Shown here: positions 1 through 8,302 of the stretch, in pieces
Numbering within the stretch: the first letter of the stretch is position 1
Layout of the letters: each line of letters begins with the position of its first letter
Assembly: GCA_963796965.1 (NCBI GenBank)
Contig: CAWCNS010000007.1
Location: 736,001 to 800,000 of the forward strand
Source: Calditrichia bacterium
Lineage (GTDB): Bacteria; Calditrichota; Calditrichia; JAJRVZ01
Direction: 5' to 3'
DNA length: 64,000 bases
The notes under the pieces: model-generated
What the model saw: only the letters and a program-made list of their open reading frames with translations
Told to the model about the DNA's origin: nothing
Database searches by the model: none
Translations under genes and position numbers: made by a program

Positions 1-842
1 TGGCTTGTTCCTTTAAATTGATCTGTTGGTGCTACCGGATCATGAGGTGCGGTAAGGGGGAAATACAAAAAAAATGCCTGCTCATTTTTGCTTGCAGATC
101 TAATATAGTTGACTGCACGCTTTGTGATTTCGGGCATTACCTGATCTAATCTCCAATTCTCTACCATTAATCCCTTCTCACCGAATAGAGAATCCGGTTT
201 TTCTATAGTTGGGACTACTGTTACTCTGTCATTTTCAATAAATGTATATGGCGGGAAATTTGGTACATCATCTCCAAAATAATAATCAAATCCACAGTCG
301 TTTGGACCTCCAGTAATAGGCTTATTATAATTAACATTCTGACCGTCATTTTCTTTTGCTGAGATATTGTCAGTGGTCGGCCAAATCCATCCCAGATGCC
401 ATTTTCCTATTGCAGCGGTCTGATATCCTTTATCTTTAAGCATCAAGGGGAGGGTTATTCTATCTTTACTTATTAATGGCTTATCCCAAGACCATAAAAC
501 GCCCTTTTGTAATTCAGTTCGCCAGCAGTATCTTCCAGTTAATAAGTTATATCTGCTTGGTGTGCAAATAGCGGCACTTGAGTGGGCATCGGTGAAACGG
601 ATTCCATCCTGTGCTAATTTATCAATATTCGGAGTTCTTATTTTACTCTCAGAATTTTGACATGAAATATCCCCATATCCCAGATCATCGGCATAAATGA
701 TAATAATGTTTGGATGTGTACCTCTTTGTGTTGTATGACAGCCAATTAATACATTGAAGCCGACTAGAATGAGAAAAATATAGCGCCTTATAACTAGCAA
801 TTTCTCAGATAGTTTCTGATAAAATGAAGTGATAATATCCAT
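1..842 (-). CDS. Arylsulfatase A-like Cys-type sulfatase, 3' end outside the window
   Basis: Not in the ORF track. Hand translation from ATG at 842 gives ...HPNIIIIYADDLGYGDISCQNSESKIRTPNIDKLAQDGIRFTDAHSSAAICTPSRYNLLTGRY... and later GKWHLG. These are the sulfatase signature motifs (CxPxR, LTGR). Confidence 0.92.
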   Translation of the reverse strand, partial: MDIITSFYQKLSEKLLVIRRYIFLILVGFNVLIGCHTTQRGTHPNIIIIYADDLGYGDISCQNSESKIRTPNIDKLAQDGIRFTDAHSSAAICTPSRYNLLTGRYCWRTELQKGVLWSWDKPLISKDRITLPLMLKDKGYQTAAIGKWHLGWIWPTTDNISAKENDGQNVNYNKPITGGPNDCGFDYYFGDDVPNFPPYTFIENDRVTVVPTIEKPDSLFGEKGLMVENWRLDQVMPEITKRAVNYIRSASKNEQAFFLYFPLTAPHDPVAPTDQFKGTS

Positions 843-869
843 TGAACTAAAGACACCCTGTTAAATTTC

Positions 870-1523
870 TTAAGTTATTAATTGTTTCAATCGCTTCTCG
901 ATCTGCGTTCTCCACGCTGGTGATAAATTTTTCACGCTCAGCGATCTTCGCAATACTTCTACTCCCTCTGATTCCTTACTAAGGTAATAGGCCTTAAAAA
1001 GATCTTTGACAGTAATCCTATTCTCGTCCTGAAAAATTATTTCCACCTCGTCACCAGTCTGAATACTACCTTCCTGTAACACTCGCAAATAACATCCGGT
1101 CAGGGCGGCTTGCATGAACTTTCTGGGCATATCCCTATCACCAAATCTGATGCCGAGTTTAGAGCAAGGTACCCGCGGTTGGGTTACCGAAAACGTTACC
1201 TCTCCCACCGCTAATTGATCTCCGATACATAAGATAGACTCATCGAGACCTGCCACAGTAAGATTTTCCCCAAACTGCCCAAACTCAAAATCATTTCTCT
1301 CCAGAACTTCCGACCAGTAGGCGTAATGATCATAGGAATATGCATAGATAGCCTTGTAGCCGCCACCATGATTCCTTAAATCCGCCTGTCCATCTCCTTC
1401 GATGTTCATTTTGGAGACATAAACAGGTCCATCAACCGGTTTCTTAAATATCCCTGTTCTTACGGTCTTGCCTTTATCGATAATTTCCACCGGATAAGAC
1501 ACATTTATAGAAATAATTTTCAT
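870..1523 (-). CDS. MOSC domain protein (YiiM-like, with 3-alpha C-terminus)
   Basis: Motifs GIFKKPV, GDGQADLRNHGG, FGENLT and QPRVPCSKL match the YiiM/MOSC family. Confidence 0.9.
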   Translation of the reverse strand: MKIISINVSYPVEIIDKGKTVRTGIFKKPVDGPVYVSKMNIEGDGQADLRNHGGGYKAIYAYSYDHYAYWSEVLERNDFEFGQFGENLTVAGLDESILCIGDQLAVGEVTFSVTQPRVPCSKLGIRFGDRDMPRKFMQAALTGCYLRVLQEGSIQTGDEVEIIFQDENRITVKDLFKAYYLSKESEGVEVLRRSLSVKNLSPAWRTQIEKRLKQLIT

Positions 1524-1589
1524 TTGGTCTACCGCATATTTTTTTTAAAACAATAAATAATTAATAACTGAAGACACAGCGTTTTGTCA

Positions 1590-1617
1590 GTAATTGCCGT
1601 TCGCGAACGGCAACTAC
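1590..1617. repeat. GTAG-type REP-like palindrome
   Basis: gtaattgccgttcgcgaacggcaactac is a near-perfect palindrome and reads GTAG... on the minus strand. Confidence 0.7.
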
Positions 1618-1758
1618 CACGATTAAACATTATACCAGAGATAGTCTTATTTCATTGTGACCTTAGTGCCTTCTTTGTAAACTTTTGTCATAGGCATCCC
1701 TATGGGAGTGGTAAATCTTTTATCTTTCTTCAGTTCCGAATGGTTAGAGTGACAAGCG

Positions 1759-3313
1759 CTAGGTAGTCTGCGACCAAATATAATTTATTCGATTGAAGGC
1801 AAACAAAGAAAGCATGAGAAACAAGGCGTACAAAACCCCAATTTTTGCCGGCCAGATAGAAAGGGCTCCGATAAATCCCATTCCCATCATCAGATCAACC
1901 ATCCATAGAGACATACGTTTCTCATTTGGCAGTTTATGACCCCCACCATTAAATTCGAAAAGTATTTTCCAAATCCGATAGAGTACAATACCGAGCAAAA
2001 TCAGCATAAATGGGGCCGCCAAAACAATCCGCTCCATCGGCCAGGCGTACTGGTCCACAGCTTCCATGGGATAAAGTCCGAAAATGAAGCCGGCCCTCTC
2101 TGAGCCACCGTGCACCATAAGAAAAACAAGGATAAATACCGTGTAGAGGAGCAAGAGATTTAAACGTTTCTCTCTGACTGTATCAATTCCCAAAGGTTCC
2201 TTTAATGGGATGACAGATAATATCATAGAGAATAAAAACATTAGGCTCAATACGACCCCGGGCCAGAAGAAGTATTCAAATCCCATAAAATAGATAAATA
2301 ATACCCCGGCAATCGCCAGAAAAAGGGTCTCAGTTTTCTCAACAAAAGGTGATCTTTGCTTCTCGTCTTTCAGAATATTCGTCCCTGCCACCTCTACCAG
2401 TTGCTTTTTATCTACCTGGTGAATGGACCAAACCAAAGCAATGGCATAGAGTACACCCAGATTAAAACCGGCATTCAACTCCCAAATTTTCCACCAGTCG
2501 ATATAGCCGGGAGCATATTCATAACCCAAACACCACGCCCCACTCTGCATAAAACCGATTCCAAACCCCAAACCCAGCAGAAGCCCTGTAAACAGTGTTG
2601 TTCTGTCCTTTTGGAAAACTGCTACTAATAATGCACCAGCCCACCAGAGAAGAACCGCAAAGTTTTGTGTGTTGGTATAAATAGTCCGCTCCAAATGAGG
2701 GCCCAATTCTCCATTATATATGCCCAACCCAGCATTGGGAAAAATTAAACCCGGCCAGAATTCCACCATCCGGGCTGCAAGCCAATCCACAACCGGCCAG
2801 GCGAATAGAAATACAAGTAAGACCAACACAAAAACAGAACGAAGAATCCATTGAGAAGGAGACATTTTTTTACCTAATGCCCATCCCAATAAAATCCCTC
2901 CCGGAGCGGCCCAGCCAATGCCGCAAATCATATACCATAAATAACCAACCCAGGGCTGAATCGGAATTATTTCTTCGCCCACATAAAACTTACCAAGGAT
3001 CCAGGCCGTATACTGGCCATAGCCCAGCTCACCACCCAGGGCGATACCAAATCCCAGCCAAAAAATGACACCTCTACTATCGATTCCCATACGATAGCAG
3101 ATAATAATACCAGAGTACAGCCCACATCATCCCCGGAACCACCGTACCATCCACGCCCCCCCATCCCGAAGTTCCACGGATGGCCCAGGTGATCGCTCCC
3201 ATACTAGCAAATAATAGGACAATCATCCAAAACATATAAGTATTGGTAGGACTCCCCTTTTCTCTAAGAGGCAGTTGGTGCTGGTATTTTTCTACATCCA
3301 ATATTTTCATCAT
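1759..3313 (-). CDS. Multi-pass membrane protein of unknown function, one frameshift near 3085
   Basis: ORFs 3077..3313 and 1759..3090 overlap and read as one continuous hydrophobic protein (…VLWYYYL|GIDSRGVIFW…). Confidence 0.75.
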
Positions 3314-3360
3314 AGTAATTAAGCCTTTAATCTCAGATTGGAATTTATGAACAATTTGTT

Positions 3361-3600
3361 TCTCGCAGCGCCGCCACGACGCAACGAAAAATTATAAAAT
3401 TATTTTTTAAGAAAGAGATTCCAAGATGGTCATCCTGAATTTAATTCAGGATCTCTAAAATATGTAGAATTTAATAATGCCAAAATAAACTGGTATTCAC
3501 CTCGATTCACTATTCGGCATGACAAAACTCTCCCATAAATCAAACTTAATTTATAATTCTATGTCTCTATCTCTTTGCGGCGTTGCGGCGCTGCGTGAGA
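3361..3600. repeat. Nested non-autonomous inverted-repeat element (MITE/REP-like)
   Basis: Outer imperfect IR tctcgcagcgccgccacgacgcaacg / ctttgcggcgttgcggcgctgcgtgaga. Inner palindrome gtcatcctgaatttaattcaggatct (3429-3454) with attcggcatgac at ~3512. Confidence 0.65.
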
Positions 3601-3608
3601 TAATATAT

Positions 3609-4535
3609 TTATTCATTTCCTGAGTCCATCCCTACCATTTCAGAATTTTCAGGGACAGAAACAGTTGGTTCTCCCTCAAGATAACCATGCTTAGCAAGAA
3701 ATTGATCCATAAGAAAGATGGTCTTGCTCAGCCAGGGATCCCTATTGAAGAAACCATGGCGTTGGCCTTCCGCCGTGTATAAAATCGCCTCAATTCCCAA
3801 TGGACCAGCCTTTCGGATGAATGTTTTGCCGTGTGCAAGCAATGAGTCATCTGTCCCATAAAACAACAAGGTTGCGGGGACGCTTTTGTCTAAATGTAAA
3901 TTTGGGGATAAATCTTCTGCTATCTCTATCGAGCCCATCCGCTCTATCCGTTTTGTGGCCGATGAAGCATCGAGAACAGGATTAAACAGAACCAGGAGAT
4001 TTGGTCTTGAGGAAGTTTTAAGATCCTCTCCTTCTGCTTCATATCCTTGAACGATATACGTACATGCTGCGACATGGGCGCCGGCAGAGCCACCAGAAGA
4101 AACAATTCGATCCTTATCAATGCCCAGTTCTCCTGCATGAACGCGCAGCCAACGTACAGCAGATTTACCATCCTCAACACATTTATCTGCCAGGGTACCC
4201 TGCCGATTCTTTACTCGGTAATCCACTCTTGCTGTCACCATACCCCGGCTGGCAAAATATTCAGACTGGGGTTTGAATTGGTCGATGGATCCACCGCGCC
4301 ATCCTCCACCAAAGAAAAAAACGATGGCGGAGCGCTTATCCTCCCTGGTCCATGCAGGAGGGAAATGAACCCGAATCTCCAAATCTCCTTGCGGCGTGTT
4401 CTTATATATATAACTCTTATATTCCGGGGAATTCTGACCAGGAACCGTGTTCTGAGCATAGATATTTTCCGCATTGAAAAATACCATTGCAGCTATAATT
4501 AATGCTAGTTTCCATTGCAATCTTCTAAGGATCAT
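3609..4535 (-). CDS. Secreted alpha/beta hydrolase (acetyl/feruloyl esterase-like)
   Basis: Signal peptide, FGGGW oxyanion motif, GGSAG nucleophile elbow, GTDD and HGFF catalytic Asp/His. Confidence 0.88.
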   Translation of the reverse strand: MILRRLQWKLALIIAAMVFFNAENIYAQNTVPGQNSPEYKSYIYKNTPQGDLEIRVHFPPAWTREDKRSAIVFFFGGGWRGGSIDQFKPQSEYFASRGMVTARVDYRVKNRQGTLADKCVEDGKSAVRWLRVHAGELGIDKDRIVSSGGSAGAHVAACTYIVQGYEAEGEDLKTSSRPNLLVLFNPVLDASSATKRIERMGSIEIAEDLSPNLHLDKSVPATLLFYGTDDSLLAHGKTFIRKAGPLGIEAILYTAEGQRHGFFNRDPWLSKTIFLMDQFLAKHGYLEGEPTVSVPENSEMVGMDSGNE

Positions 4536-4549
4536 TTAAGTCTCCATTG

Positions 4550-5893
4550 TTATAGTTTCATTTCCCAACCACTTTCATAAGTTCTTGACCAAAGTTTTTG
4601 GGCCTCTTTGTCGTTACGAATATGTCCTGTCTCGTTATCGATCGATAATGAGCGTCCTATGCGCTGGGATATATTTCCCAATTGGACTAATAGCGTGCTT
4701 TTATGACCAGAATCGATATCCGCCTTGAGTTTACTTCCCTTGAGGATGCCGTCAAAAAAGTTCTGTATATGAAGGGCATCTAACGCTTCTGATGGATTGG
4801 TTTTATTGCGGGGATCAATTTTTTGCTCCGTCTTTATATCTTTTAAAATATTACCTTTGAGATCAAAGACGCGATAGCTATTGCCCCCACCAATCAACAA
4901 ACTTCCTTCTTCCCCGTAAAATAAAGCACCAACCGAGCTGCCCTCTATTTTCTTTCCATTACAACTTCGACCCTCCCAGGTCATGGATACATTTTCTTCA
5001 AAATCAAGATTTATCACTTGTGTATCAGGGGTTTCCCAATCGTCCTTGTATCGAAATCTACCACCATTGGAGCTGACCCGGATAGGATAGTCAACACCAA
5101 ATCCCCAGCGCAAAAGATCAATCATATGGGTTCCATTATTTAATGCCTCTCCCGTACCATAATGCCAAATCCAATGCCAGTTATAATGAACTATATTATC
5201 TTTATAGCCTTTTCTGGGAGCGGGACCCTGCCAGAGTTCCCAATTCAGCCACTCAGGTACAGGGACTTCTTTTCCTATGCCAATAGAACCACGATTATTT
5301 GAATACCAGCTTTTTCCAAAATAAGGTCTGCCAATTACACCATCCCTCAACTCCTGGATGCCTTTAATCACATTAGGCCATGATCGACGCTGATTGCCCA
5401 TTTGAATTACTTTGCCATATTTTTTCGCCGCCGCAACCAGAATCTCACCCTCATTAGGATTGTGACTACATGGTTTTTCCAAATAGACATGTTTTCCAGC
5501 CTGCATCGCTATCAGCGCTGCAGGCGCATGCCAATGATCAGGGGTTGCAACAATAAAGGCATCAACATCCTTGCTCTCAAGAGAGTGGCGAAGGTCTGAA
5601 AATCTTTCTGGTTTAATTTCCTGAATTTCCTGCAAGGCCCCTTTGCATTTTTCTATTGCTCTGCTGTCGACATCACAAATATGAATCACATCGCAATTCT
5701 TCTGGCGGGCAAAGTTTCTGGCCAGGGCTTTACCTCTGGAGTTAACCCCCATTACTGACACATTAATTCTTTCGTTAGAACCGATAATGCGACTATAACT
5801 TCGCGCGGTAAATTCGGGCAGAATGCCACTAGTAAGCAGGGCAGTTGAACTCATTGACACGTTTCTGATAAATTTTCTTCTTGATTGTTTCAT
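4550..5893 (-). CDS. Tat-exported Gfo/Idh/MocA family oxidoreductase
   Basis: SRRKFI Tat motif; ATPDHWH, HVYLEKP, QMGNQRRS and WQGPAP motifs. Confidence 0.93.
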   Translation of the reverse strand: MKQSRRKFIRNVSMSSTALLTSGILPEFTARSYSRIIGSNERINVSVMGVNSRGKALARNFARQKNCDVIHICDVDSRAIEKCKGALQEIQEIKPERFSDLRHSLESKDVDAFIVATPDHWHAPAALIAMQAGKHVYLEKPCSHNPNEGEILVAAAKKYGKVIQMGNQRRSWPNVIKGIQELRDGVIGRPYFGKSWYSNNRGSIGIGKEVPVPEWLNWELWQGPAPRKGYKDNIVHYNWHWIWHYGTGEALNNGTHMIDLLRWGFGVDYPIRVSSNGGRFRYKDDWETPDTQVINLDFEENVSMTWEGRSCNGKKIEGSSVGALFYGEEGSLLIGGGNSYRVFDLKGNILKDIKTEQKIDPRNKTNPSEALDALHIQNFFDGILKGSKLKADIDSGHKSTLLVQLGNISQRIGRSLSIDNETGHIRNDKEAQKLWSRTYESGWEMKL

Positions 5894-5957
5894 AGGAACA
5901 TGATCCTTTATGACTTAAACTCCATTATTACAATTAGGTAGGTATTATTAAATAACC

Positions 5958-6003
5958 GCCCCCTCAATCCCCACCTTAGTAAGGAGGAGGAAATAGGGGG
6001 AGG
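5958..6003. repeat. CCCC...GGGG-type intergenic palindrome
   Basis: gccccctcaatccccaccttagtaaggaggaggaaatagggggagg; similar elements at ~27885, ~37965, ~38083 and ~41380. Confidence 0.5.
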
Positions 6004-6020
6004 TAATTCAAATTCTCGCC

Positions 6021-7352
6021 TTACTGTTCCACAACTTCTTCAACCCATTCCTGGTGAAGATCGGTCAACTCTTCAACAATATCACTATTTTCATCTGCCA
6101 GATTTTTCGTTTCTGAGACATCTACATCCATGTTGCTTAAAAAGGGCTCTCCATCATGATGAACCATTTTCCAGGGCCCCTTCCGTACTGCCCAGTTCTT
6201 TCCTTTCATCCAATAAAATATATCATGGGGCGAACTGACTTTTTCTGAATCTATAAGGGCAGAAATATCTATTCCATCTATTTTGTGTTCAAATAAATCA
6301 ACCTGGCAATAATTAGCAATTGTGGGAAACAAATCAATACTGCTGGCTAGTTGATCTCGTACTTCTCCTGAGGCAATTCGTCCGGGCCAGGAAATAATAC
6401 AGGGGACGCGGATGCCCCCTTCCCATAAAGTGAATTTATGTCCGCGATAGGGACCGGCACTGCCCCCGCCACCAAAACTACGTTCCTCCACTGAATGGCC
6501 ATGATCGCTTAGAAATATCACCATCGTCTTTTCTCGCAGGTTCAGATCATCAAGTTCACGTATCACCTGCCCGATCTTGTCATCCAGGGATGTTACAAAA
6601 GCAGCATATCTTTTACGTTTTATATCTTGCATACCCTTATACATATCCACAAATTTTTGTTCAGCCTGTAAAGGATAATGGGGTGTATTGAAGGGCAGGT
6701 AAAGGAAGAAAGGTGTATTTTTATTTTCATTGATAAAGCGTTTTGCCTCCCGGACAACCATATCCGGAAAATAATTTCCATCTTCAAAATGCTCCTCTTC
6801 ATTCAGCCAAAGGTCATGACGATTGGGACCATTCCAGTAGAAGAAATGGGAATAATTGTCAATACAGCCAACCTTATGACCGAGGAACTCATCAAATCCC
6901 TGTGCATTGGGACTCAATGATGGGGTACTTCCCAAATGCCATTTACCAAAGAGTGCAGTGCGGTAACCAGCCTCTTTTAGCACTTCTGCAATGGTAACCT
7001 GCGCTGCGGGCATTCCTCTGCCAGGTGAAGCATTGTGTGCCAATTGGGCGCGCTGCGGATATCGTCCCGTAAGGAGTGATGCTCTGGAAGGCGAGCAAAC
7101 CGGTGCCCCCACATAAAATTGCGTAAACCTCACACCTTCTTTGGCCAATTTATCCATATTTGGTGTAATCAGATCTTTTGCACCATAACAGTTTACATCT
7201 ATAGTACCCTGATCATCGGTTAAAATAAGAACAACATTGGGATGCTTTGAAATGTTATCAGAAGCCATTACTACGATAAATGTGATCAGGTTTATTAGTA
7301 TTCCACATGATATTCCCTTGTTAAAAAATTGCAGCATATAAACATTCTCCAA
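6021..7352 (-). CDS. Sulfatase (Cys-type, arylsulfatase family)
   Basis: PNVVLILTDDQG, CSPSRASLLTGRY, GKWHLG and SDHG motifs. Confidence 0.95.
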   Translation of the reverse strand: MENVYMLQFFNKGISCGILINLITFIVVMASDNISKHPNVVLILTDDQGTIDVNCYGAKDLITPNMDKLAKEGVRFTQFYVGAPVCSPSRASLLTGRYPQRAQLAHNASPGRGMPAAQVTIAEVLKEAGYRTALFGKWHLGSTPSLSPNAQGFDEFLGHKVGCIDNYSHFFYWNGPNRHDLWLNEEEHFEDGNYFPDMVVREAKRFINENKNTPFFLYLPFNTPHYPLQAEQKFVDMYKGMQDIKRKRYAAFVTSLDDKIGQVIRELDDLNLREKTMVIFLSDHGHSVEERSFGGGGSAGPYRGHKFTLWEGGIRVPCIISWPGRIASGEVRDQLASSIDLFPTIANYCQVDLFEHKIDGIDISALIDSEKVSSPHDIFYWMKGKNWAVRKGPWKMVHHDGEPFLSNMDVDVSETKNLADENSDIVEELTDLHQEWVEEVVEQ

Positions 7353-7514
7353 ATGATACTATTATAGCATAATCTGTATGAAACATGAACTATAGAAAGA
7401 AAATATCCGAGTCCAATAGACCTATTTGGAATATTGCACTGAATTCTTTATGTAAAAATTAACACTATTTATATAAAGTGATAACGCCCTTAGTAACGGC
7501 TTTTACCTCGGTTA

Positions 7515-8180
7515 TTAAAGTTCGCCGTCCTCGGCAGCCTCTTTTAATTTTTCGTTGGCAAAAATGGCAACTTCAACACGCCGGTTTTGCTGGCGACCAT
7601 ATTCGTCATCATTTGAGGCAACTGGGTTCATTTCACCAAGACCGACGATGGAAATCCTGGAGTTGGGAACCCCAAGTAGCATTAGATGGTTAGCAACAGA
7701 CTGTGCACGCCGTTCGGATAACTTCAGGTTATATTCTTCGCTACCAGTGTTATCTGTATCTCCTTCAACGAGTACATTTGTATCATCATATTTGTTCAAT
7801 GTCTTTGCGAGGCTAGCGATGTTTGCTTTTGCCTCTGGCTGCAGGTCATATTTATTAACATCAAAAAGGAGACCAGAATCAAACGTGATCTTGATTCCTT
7901 CGCCAACACGCTCGATTTTTGCTCCTTCCATATCCTGTCTCATCTCTTCAGCCCGTTTATCCATCTCATTACCAATCAGATATCCGGCTGTTCCCCCAAC
8001 TGCTGCCCCAATGATAGCACCTAGGGCTGTATTACCGGCTGCATTTCCAATAACAGCACCAGCGGCAGCCCCTGCTCCCGCGCCAATAGCTCCGCCCTTA
8101 GCTTTACTACTCCAGCCACACCCCATAAACATGGTAAAGAGCCATACGGTGCCTATAAATATTATCATTACTTTTTTCAT
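7515..8180 (-). CDS. OmpA-family lipoprotein with glycine zipper
   Basis: Lipobox-like FMGC, GAAIG-type glycine zipper, and OmpA_C motifs GDTDNTG, NLKLSERRA and NRRVE. Confidence 0.93.
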   Translation of the reverse strand: MKKVMIIFIGTVWLFTMFMGCGWSSKAKGGAIGAGAGAAAGAVIGNAAGNTALGAIIGAAVGGTAGYLIGNEMDKRAEEMRQDMEGAKIERVGEGIKITFDSGLLFDVNKYDLQPEAKANIASLAKTLNKYDDTNVLVEGDTDNTGSEEYNLKLSERRAQSVANHLMLLGVPNSRISIVGLGEMNPVASNDDEYGRQQNRRVEVAIFANEKLKEAAEDGEL

Positions 8181-8302
8181 CGCGTAATCTCCTTGGTTTT
8201 TGATAAATTATATTCAAACAAATGAACTTTAATTAAATGTTATTACTTGAATATAGCCAATCGTATAGATTTCTCCAGATTGCAGATCGTTACCAGGGAG
8301 GG

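Noticed and set aside
7555..8187. 210-aa plus-strand ORF
   Set aside because: Antisense shadow of the OmpA-family gene. The same applies to most short opposite-strand ORFs in the track (e.g. 4047, 9155, 21088, 49552).
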